From Candidatus Saccharimonadota bacterium (GTDB taxonomy: Bacteria > Patescibacteriota > Saccharimonadia > Saccharimonadales > UBA4665), in assembly GCA_963718045.1 (NCBI GenBank), contig OY970350.1, positions 210,001 to 242,000 of the forward strand: DNA of 32,000 nucleotides, written 5' to 3'. Of this stretch, positions 26,199-32,000 are shown piece by piece (within the stretch, counting starts at the first letter, position 1; each line of letters starts with the position of its first letter). Under the pieces are notes generated by a model. That model was not told where the DNA came from. It did no database searches and was given only the letters and a program-made list of their open reading frames with translations. Both the position numbers and the translations under genes were made by a program.

Positions 26199-27692
26199 AT
26201 GGATTTTTTAGACCCTAAAAAGCAGCATCGGCATAAGATAATACTGATTATGGGCTATATATTAATAGCCTGCGTAGTTGCCGGTACAACGACAATTTTA
26301 CTTTATGAGGCTTACGGTTTTGGTCTTGGTAAGGGAGGAAATATTATCCAAAATGGTCTTATTTACTTATCTTCACAGCCAAATCCAGCAACTGTTTATC
26401 TGAATAACTCTAAATCAAAAAACTCCACCAATACTGCCCTGACTCTGCCCGAGGGAATATATAACGTTAAGTTAACGAGGCCTGGATACAGGACATGGAT
26501 CAGGCAGATTGAGGTAGACGGCGGTATGATTGAAGACTATACTTACCCGCTTTTAATTCCTAATGTGCTTCAGACTAGCAGTGTAAAGTCTTATTCATCC
26601 CAGCCCCAACTTGCTACTCAAAGCTTAAATAGAAGATGGCTGGTAGTAATGCAGCCCGGCTCGGATACTAATTTTGATCTCTATGATCTGTCTAACCCAT
26701 CACTTGCTTCGACCCAAATAGCCATACCAGCCGGCGTTGTTACCCAGCCGACTACCAGTGAAAGCTGGAAGCTGGTAGCCTGGGCGAATGATAACCAGCA
26801 CGTACTTTTAAATCACCTATATGACGGTAAAAATGAATACATCATGCTGGATATCGCTAATCCTAGCCAGTCATTTAATCTTTCTAAAGATTTAAACGGC
26901 GATTCCTATACGCTAGTTACCCTAGATAATGAAAATTACAGCCAGTACTATCTTTATGATCAATCGACCGATACGCTGTACCAAGACTCGCTTAGCTCAC
27001 CGACTACGCCGACAACTGTTCTGTCGGGAGTCCTTGCCTATGATACTTACGGCACAAATACAGTCCTCTATGCAACAAACGACAAAGCACCTAGCGGCAA
27101 GGTATATATTAACGAGCTAGTTGGCACAACTGTTTACCATATTAAACTGCTTGACGCCGGTACTACCTACTTACTAAACATGGCCGGCTACAGCGGCTCG
27201 CTTTACGTTGTTGCCGGTGCGGCCAGTGAAAATAAAGTTTATATTTTTGATAACCCGGTGGGCCAGCTGCAGGCCGATTCAGACCAGGCTCCGGTGCCCG
27301 TACAGGTACTGTTTGTTAATAACCCCAACTATGTTAGCTTCTCTATTAATTCGCAGTTTGTGGTGGCCGAAAACGGCCAGAACTTCGCAGTCTATAACCT
27401 GGAAAATTCATCTGGCTATAACTACAGCGTAAACCTGCCGCTTGATAGCCCTGGGACAAATGCTACCTGGATGGATGGTTACCGCTTAACTTATGTTTCC
27501 GGCGGTAAGCTTATATTGTTTGAATATGACCATAATTATCAGCAGACTTTAATGTCGGCTAATGCTAACTTTGTGCCTTTCTTTACACCTAGTTACGATT
27601 ACGTATACAGCCTGGCAACTGGACCTAACCAAACGTACTCGCTAACAAGAACCTCACTCTATACATCTGCTGACCAGCCGCAAAAACTTTAG
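26199..27692 (+). CDS. PEGA-domain membrane-anchored protein with a large beta-rich C-terminal domain
   Basis: N-terminal TM segment, then ATVYLNNSKSK..LTLPEGIYNVKLTRPGYRTWIRQIEV (PEGA motif). About 370 aa of Y/N/T/S-rich sequence follows. Confidence 0.7.
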   Translation: MDFLDPKKQHRHKIILIMGYILIACVVAGTTTILLYEAYGFGLGKGGNIIQNGLIYLSSQPNPATVYLNNSKSKNSTNTALTLPEGIYNVKLTRPGYRTWIRQIEVDGGMIEDYTYPLLIPNVLQTSSVKSYSSQPQLATQSLNRRWLVVMQPGSDTNFDLYDLSNPSLASTQIAIPAGVVTQPTTSESWKLVAWANDNQHVLLNHLYDGKNEYIMLDIANPSQSFNLSKDLNGDSYTLVTLDNENYSQYYLYDQSTDTLYQDSLSSPTTPTTVLSGVLAYDTYGTNTVLYATNDKAPSGKVYINELVGTTVYHIKLLDAGTTYLLNMAGYSGSLYVVAGAASENKVYIFDNPVGQLQADSDQAPVPVQVLFVNNPNYVSFSINSQFVVAENGQNFAVYNLENSSGYNYSVNLPLDSPGTNATWMDGYRLTYVSGGKLILFEYDHNYQQTLMSANANFVPFFTPSYDYVYSLATGPNQTYSLTRTSLYTSADQPQKL

Positions 27693-28933
27693 AACGGTTC
27701 TCTTTTCGATACTCGCCTAAAGACAAGAATTATAGCTAAGGCGACTATGGCGATAATCGTTAGTTTGCCGGCCGCACTAGATATAAACCTGGACCATAGC
27801 GATGGGCCGTTACCCGGCAAAGAGCTAGCCGACTGTATGGGACTGATGGCAGTGGTACCCTGAATGTCTGAAGAAACAGACGGGCTTATCTGCTGGCCAA
27901 TAACAATTAAACGGTTAATGCTGGTACCCGGCGGATCACAGGTGATAAGGGTGGCAGTTGCCTGCTGATCTGGTACGGGACCAAGTACAGCTGTGTCGCT
28001 AGGACTAACTATAAAATGGGATATTACCTTGTATACATAAACTGTGTGGTTGTATGTCATGTAAAAAGTATCGCCATCAACTAAAGTATGAAGAAGCACA
28101 AAGGCAAACTTATACTGGCCGGGGTTAAAGATATTGTTCGATGAGTGGCCAAAGAAAGCGGCATTGCCAAGCTGCCCTGGATCAACGGTTGTTGGGAAAT
28201 GAATGACACCTTCTTCAAGGTCATTCTCAATAATATTTTCATTGGTTGTATCAACGTTATAGTCAACAGGTATTTCAACGTTTATTTTAGGGATAATAAC
28301 TTCCGGTGTAGAAGTTGGTGGCACGGTATTCTCACCAACAATAACCGGCACACTGACGTTCCTGCTCGGCTGGATAAACGGGGCGATGATTACTTCATTA
28401 AAGAAACCAAAGAGGAAAATAAATACGGCCAGTAAACCAATACCTAGGCCGAATAGAAGTGACTGGATGTGGTGTTTTGCCTGCAGTTTAACCTTCGGCT
28501 GCTGCATCTGACTGGTGTGCGTTCTATGGGTTGGCTGTTTTCTTGGCCGGTAATGGGTTGAAGCTAGTACCTGGTTTTTGACTTCGCCCATTTCTTTTGG
28601 CTGGTCGGGAGTAATTACTTTTGCCTTCTGGGTGTTCTTGTTGCTTTTATAAAACTCGTCCCAGACTTCCAGTTTTTCTTTATCCGACAGCGATAAGTAA
28701 TATTTATGCCACTCAGTTTGGATAGCGACGACACTTTTTCCGGAGTTAACCAATGCTTGCATAAATTTTTGGTGCTTTGATGGAGTGACCGTACTCTCGG
28801 CTTCAATGGCTTCTGATCTCGCATCAGGCTCTTCGTTATAAATACCGGCGACTTTTTGCCTAATAAGCTCAATAGCCTCTTCGTTATGAGGCTTACTGTT
28901 AGAACCGCCTAGTTGTCTGTTCCCATCCGCCAT
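27689..28933 (-). CDS. Sortase-family transpeptidase with a long N-terminal extension and a C-terminal TM anchor
   Basis: Catalytic His (AAFFGHSSN), TLITC Cys motif and a downstream Arg (SINRLIV). TM segments near residues 165-185 and at the C-terminus. Confidence 0.75.
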   Translation of the reverse strand: MADGNRQLGGSNSKPHNEEAIELIRQKVAGIYNEEPDARSEAIEAESTVTPSKHQKFMQALVNSGKSVVAIQTEWHKYYLSLSDKEKLEVWDEFYKSNKNTQKAKVITPDQPKEMGEVKNQVLASTHYRPRKQPTHRTHTSQMQQPKVKLQAKHHIQSLLFGLGIGLLAVFIFLFGFFNEVIIAPFIQPSRNVSVPVIVGENTVPPTSTPEVIIPKINVEIPVDYNVDTTNENIIENDLEEGVIHFPTTVDPGQLGNAAFFGHSSNNIFNPGQYKFAFVLLHTLVDGDTFYMTYNHTVYVYKVISHFIVSPSDTAVLGPVPDQQATATLITCDPPGTSINRLIVIGQQISPSVSSDIQGTTAISPIQSASSLPGNGPSLWSRFISSAAGKLTIIAIVALAIILVFRRVSKREPF

Positions 28934-29022
28934 TGTAAAAGATTGTTATATACCCCTGTTTATATGGTTTCTAGCTCTGATTCTTTAAGTATAGTACAAT
29001 GACCAATTGTAACCTACCTGTC

Positions 29023-29107
29023 GGGCGAGTGGCGGAACTGGTATACGCGCACGACTCAAAATCGTGTTCCTAACGGATTGAGGGTTCGATTCCCTCCTTG
29101 CCCACCA
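29023..29107 (+). tRNA. tRNA-Leu (anticodon CAA), long variable arm, CCA encoded
   Basis: Acceptor GGGCGAG/CTTGCCC, anticodon stem CACGA/TCGTG with loop CTCAAAA, a 13-nt variable region, T arm GAGGG-TTCGATT-CCCTC, then ACCA. Confidence 0.9.
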
Positions 29108-29195
29108 TTTAACAAATATTTCCATCATCTCATCTGCAATGGATTAAATCGACACTATAGATTTAGAATCAAATATACCCCATCGTACTATTATT

Positions 29196-30023
29196 CTAGA
29201 GAACGTGGAATGTCTGTATGGCCACGCTATCAGGAGGAACCGATGCTTCGGTGGCCATGGCGCCCATTAGAAAGGACCTGACGACAGCCGAATCGTTACC
29301 AGCTGATATAACCTCTAATGACGTATGATTGCCTCCGCCGGTCTCAAGGACAACCGTGGGGCCGTAGTCATATCTGAGGAGATTGTTGCTAAGGTTACGG
29401 CTAAAGTTCGATACATTAACTGTTGGTGATATCGGGGTTTCTGCCATCACCCCCTCTTGACCGCCACCAAGTAGGTCTTCGGCTGAGTTAGCTCCAGACA
29501 TAATCTTGAATTCTTCTTCTGCAGCTGTCTTGAGTTGAGATCCTTCAGTGGTTGCTGCCTTCAAAACATCTTTCACTGCCGTATTACTAACTGATGCCTC
29601 GAAGAATAAGAGTAGGTTTTCGCCGTCTGACCATGTCTGTACATTGCAGTTTGCGGCGACGGCAGCGCCGTGAGCAGAAGCCGCTGCATTGGACAAAACG
29701 CCCAGGTCCTGCGTTTCAGCATCTGAGGCTGGAGCTAGTATAATTTGGAGCCCGTCAAGTTCTTGCTTGCTATTTGCAAGTGTGGATGAAGTTGTACTTG
29801 GTTTGATAGTAGTGACCGTTGTCGTGCTAGGATTCGCTGCTGTTTCCGACGAGCTACAAGCAGCATTGACCAGTCCGGAGACGCCTAGCGTGCCAGCAAT
29901 TAACAAGCGCCGAAGACCTCGGCTATTTCGCAGCCGAGAAATAACTGTTTCTGTATTTGTTTTTCGGGCCATACGGAGAGAACTGTCGAGAGCTTCTCCT
30001 AACGGTAATTGTTCGTAATCCAA
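29196..30023 (-). CDS. Hypothetical secreted lipoprotein (A/S/T-rich)
   Basis: Signal-like N-terminus RGLRRLLIAGTLGVSGLVNAAC with a lipobox Cys, followed by a T/S-rich linker. GGAGG Shine-Dalgarno sequence 8 nt before the TTG start. G+C is visibly higher than in the neighbouring genes. Confidence 0.6.
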   Translation of the reverse strand: MDYEQLPLGEALDSSLRMARKTNTETVISRLRNSRGLRRLLIAGTLGVSGLVNAACSSSETAANPSTTTVTTIKPSTTSSTLANSKQELDGLQIILAPASDAETQDLGVLSNAAASAHGAAVAANCNVQTWSDGENLLLFFEASVSNTAVKDVLKAATTEGSQLKTAAEEEFKIMSGANSAEDLLGGGQEGVMAETPISPTVNVSNFSRNLSNNLLRYDYGPTVVLETGGGNHTSLEVISAGNDSAVVRSFLMGAMATEASVPPDSVAIQTFHVL

Positions 30024-30052
30024 TGAAATGACCTCCTCGTCTATTTTCCCTT

Positions 30053-30081
30053 ATTCTATAATATCGACATGCAGATGTCAA
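30053..30081 (-). promoter_or_regulatory. Promoter of the lipoprotein gene
   Basis: On the - strand: TTGACA (30081-30076), a 17-nt spacer, then TAGAAT (30058-30053), followed by the GGAGG Shine-Dalgarno sequence. Confidence 0.5.
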
Positions 30082-30171
30082 TTATCTGGGAGTGCATATT
30101 CGAATGGTAGTGATGAAGTTCGTGACCGAAAGTCCAGTCTTGGATGGCGCGCTATCATATCCACTACTTAG

Positions 30172-30969
30172 CTAACTTATAGATTCATAAATACCGGTCG
30201 CGGCTGCCTTAAATGGTTGATCTTTATTTTGCATCCACCAGACAGAAAGATATGAAGCAATAACTAAGGTCCAGTTTTTAGGAACAGCCTCTGCTTCCGT
30301 GGTTGCCACCTGCCCTTCATATCCTAGGACATAAAATGGACCGTTAGATATAACTAGGCCCACCGGATACTTGTCTGTTAGTTCTTTCATAAACTCGACG
30401 GTTTGAGTCAGGTTCGTTGTTGATAGAATAGCTTTATTTAATCTTAGTTTAGACAAAAGCTTTTGCAGCTTAGAGACCTCAAGAACTATAAATGTGCTGG
30501 GTCTTTCAAATAAGGTGGATGGCATAGCGAAAAAGTGATCTACTGAATCATTTGTTAAACATAGCTCACCTTTAAAGTCAGCCAGGAATGATTCGAGGAC
30601 AATAGCTGTTTCTGAGTTATGGCCGAAATCTCCGGCAAGCAGTGTCAGGTCTGCCCAATTTGCCTGGTCAATAAAGCTAGCTAAACTAGAACGGCTAAAG
30701 CTGCCCGTTGCATTTGACGGAGCAAAGACGGCGTCTTCAAGATGACTGCCGACACTAGCTTTCAGACTACCCGGCAGTAAGACATTGATTCTGCCGGCAC
30801 CAGCCTTGTTGGCCATTGTATAAACTAGAGCCGGATCACTAAAACCGTGGGAACTGCCGCCGGCTATTAATAACTTGCCTGCTCTTAATTTATGTTCTGG
30901 CCTGCTCCAAAGAAGGTCTTCAAATAACGGTCGGTTAATAGATTGCTTAAGCCAAGATGAATCGTTCAT
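30172..30969 (-). CDS. YjeF_C / carbohydrate-kinase-like (NAD(P)HX dehydratase family) protein, divergent
   Basis: The N-terminal half fits the family (HKLRAGKLLIAGGSSHGFSDPALVYTMANKAGAGRINVLLP). The C-terminal GSGD-type motif is not recognisable. Confidence 0.45.
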   Translation of the reverse strand: MNDSSWLKQSINRPLFEDLLWSRPEHKLRAGKLLIAGGSSHGFSDPALVYTMANKAGAGRINVLLPGSLKASVGSHLEDAVFAPSNATGSFSRSSLASFIDQANWADLTLLAGDFGHNSETAIVLESFLADFKGELCLTNDSVDHFFAMPSTLFERPSTFIVLEVSKLQKLLSKLRLNKAILSTTNLTQTVEFMKELTDKYPVGLVISNGPFYVLGYEGQVATTEAEAVPKNWTLVIASYLSVWWMQNKDQPFKAAATGIYESIS

Positions 30970-31767
30970 TTAAACTTCAATGTCTACACTAATCGGACAG
31001 TGATCTGAGCCCATATATTGGCTGTGTATATTAGCTGCTTTTAGCTTATTTTTAAGACTGGCAGACATCAGCAAATAGTCTATCCGCCAGCCAATGTTCC
31101 TAGCTCTGGCGTTAGCAAAATGTGTCCACCAGGTATAATGGCCATTACCTTTAGTGAATTGTCTGAAACTGTCAATAAAACCAGCGTCTATGTATGCCTG
31201 AATGCCTTCACGTTCTTCATTGGTAAAGCCCTTTTTGCCAACATTAGGTTTAGGGTTGGCCAGATCATCTTCGGTGTGGGCGACATTTAAATCACCGCAG
31301 AAGATTACCGGTTTCTTCTTATTAAGACCTAACACATATTTTAAGAAAGCTGGGTCCCAGTGTTTATGTCTTAGTTCCAGCCGGCTTAAATCATCCTTAG
31401 CGTTTGGTGTGTAGACGGTAACTAAATAAAAGTTATCGTACTCCGCTGTTAGTACTCTTCCCTCAAGATTTGGATCACCATAGTTGTCACCAGACAATTT
31501 ATATTCTTTGACAATATCTATTGGTAAACCATCAGCTACATTAAGCGGCTTAGGTTTGGTTAATATACCTGTACCTGAATAGCCGGCTTTCTCGGCCGGG
31601 TACCAGAAAGCTTGGTAACCGTCTAAATCCAGATCAAATTGTTCTGGTTTGGCTTTAATTTCCTGCAAACATAAAATGTCCGGCTTCTCTTTGTCCAGGA
31701 ACGCACTTAAAGCACCTTTAGTGATTACCGCTCTGATACCGTTGACATTCCAAGAATAAATGCGCAT
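30970..31767 (-). CDS. xth: Exodeoxyribonuclease III (AP endonuclease)
   Basis: SWNVNGIRA, LCLQEIK, GDLNVAH, and SDHCPISVDIEV at the C-terminus. Confidence 0.9.
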   Translation of the reverse strand: MRIYSWNVNGIRAVITKGALSAFLDKEKPDILCLQEIKAKPEQFDLDLDGYQAFWYPAEKAGYSGTGILTKPKPLNVADGLPIDIVKEYKLSGDNYGDPNLEGRVLTAEYDNFYLVTVYTPNAKDDLSRLELRHKHWDPAFLKYVLGLNKKKPVIFCGDLNVAHTEDDLANPKPNVGKKGFTNEEREGIQAYIDAGFIDSFRQFTKGNGHYTWWTHFANARARNIGWRIDYLLMSASLKNKLKAANIHSQYMGSDHCPISVDIEV

Positions 31768-31820
31768 TTATTTTTTTAGTATAGCCTTCAGCCTACTCAT
31801 TTGCTAGACTGTGAGTTTAG

Positions 31821-32000
31821 ATGAGAGAGCCGTATAAAAGACTACTTCTTAAAATATCTGGTGAGCAGCTGGCAGGACAATTTGATGTTGGCATTGACCC
31901 GGACATAGCTAGTTATCTGGCCAAAGAAGTTAAAAAAGTACATGAAGAAGGCTGCCAAGTGGTAGTGGTAGTCGGCGGCGGCAATATGGTCAGAGGTGCG
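31821..32000 (+). CDS. pyrH: UMP kinase, N-terminal 60 codons (runs off the window)
   Basis: Not in the ORF track. The ATG at 31821 opens MREPYKRLLLKISGEQLAGQFDVGIDPDIASYLAKEVKKVHEEGCQVVVVVGGGNMVRGA, the canonical PyrH N-terminus (KxSGE ... VVGGGN). Confidence 0.85.
   Translation, partial: MREPYKRLLLKISGEQLAGQFDVGIDPDIASYLAKEVKKVHEEGCQVVVVVGGGNMVRGA

Noticed and set aside
29078-29281. A 67-aa + strand ORF starting inside tRNA-Leu.
   Set aside because: It overlaps the tRNA T-arm and acceptor end and the 3' end of the lipoprotein gene, and has no Shine-Dalgarno sequence. It is an artefact of ORF calling.
44-31414. Many 60-142 aa ORFs in the track lie antisense to, or nested within, the well-supported genes. 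Examples: 1970-2338(-), 5629-5940(-), 12891-13247(+), 19682-20107(+), 25373-25801(+), 29689-30018(+).
   Set aside because: Each lies wholly inside a longer ORF with clear family motifs on the other strand. Their sequences are low-complexity or shadow-frame-like (S/L/A/C-rich) and lack start-site context. They are most simply non-coding shadow ORFs.
1-32000. Alternative genetic code (UGA recoding as in some CPR lineages), CRISPR arrays, IS elements or transposases, and integrases.
   Set aside because: TGA works as a stop (2700-2702) and the conserved genes are intact under the standard code. I saw no regularly spaced direct repeats, no terminal inverted repeats flanking a transposase-like ORF, and no recombinase motifs.

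Overview
This is a gene-dense, AT-leaning bacterial chromosome segment with about 30 protein genes and 2 tRNAs. It uses the standard genetic code: TGA terminates the yvcK-like gene at 2700-2702, and I saw no in-frame TGA in the conserved genes. The reduced dcw cluster, PEGA and sortase envelope proteins, zinc-finger-less TopA and many short gene overlaps suggest a small-genome lineage such as Patescibacteria/CPR (Saccharibacteria-like). That placement is inference, not a search result.

Layout:
- 1-11306 carries eleven consecutive + strand genes: a PIF1/RecD-like helicase (5' truncated by the window), an NYN-domain protein, a YvcK-family protein, then mraZ-rsmH-ftsL-ftsI-mraY-ftsW-murG-ftsQ-like.
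- 12185-26034 is almost entirely - strand: a sigma-region-4/HARE-HTH protein, topA, pth, der, a pseudouridine synthase, a response regulator with histidine kinase, a RelE/Phd toxin-antitoxin pair, a DUF3048 protein, gltX and a membrane protein.
- The two arrays converge on an ORF-free gap of about 0.7-0.9 kb (11307-12184).
- The right end holds a PEGA protein, a sortase, tRNA-Leu, a G+C-richer lipoprotein gene, a divergent YjeF_C-like protein, xth and the start of pyrH.

I found no CRISPR array, no transposase or integrase, and no convincing multi-gene novel or defence system. The least explained signals are noncoding or structural:
- An orphan, highly structured RNA of about 300 nt with its own consensus promoter and terminator (15839-16179).
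- The ORF-free convergence gap.
- Three identical perfect DnaA-box 11-mers in intergenic DNA, two of them upstream of a four-repeat MraZ-type operator.
- An rsmH whose conserved N-terminus has no canonical in-frame start codon.
- A 69-codon open frame continuing in frame past the stop of the sigma-like gene.
- A toxin-antitoxin cassette bracketed by the tRNA-Glu 3' end and a degenerate copy of it.
- A response regulator with a proline/serine/alanine/threonine-rich (PSAT-rich) tail of about 270 aa in place of an output domain.
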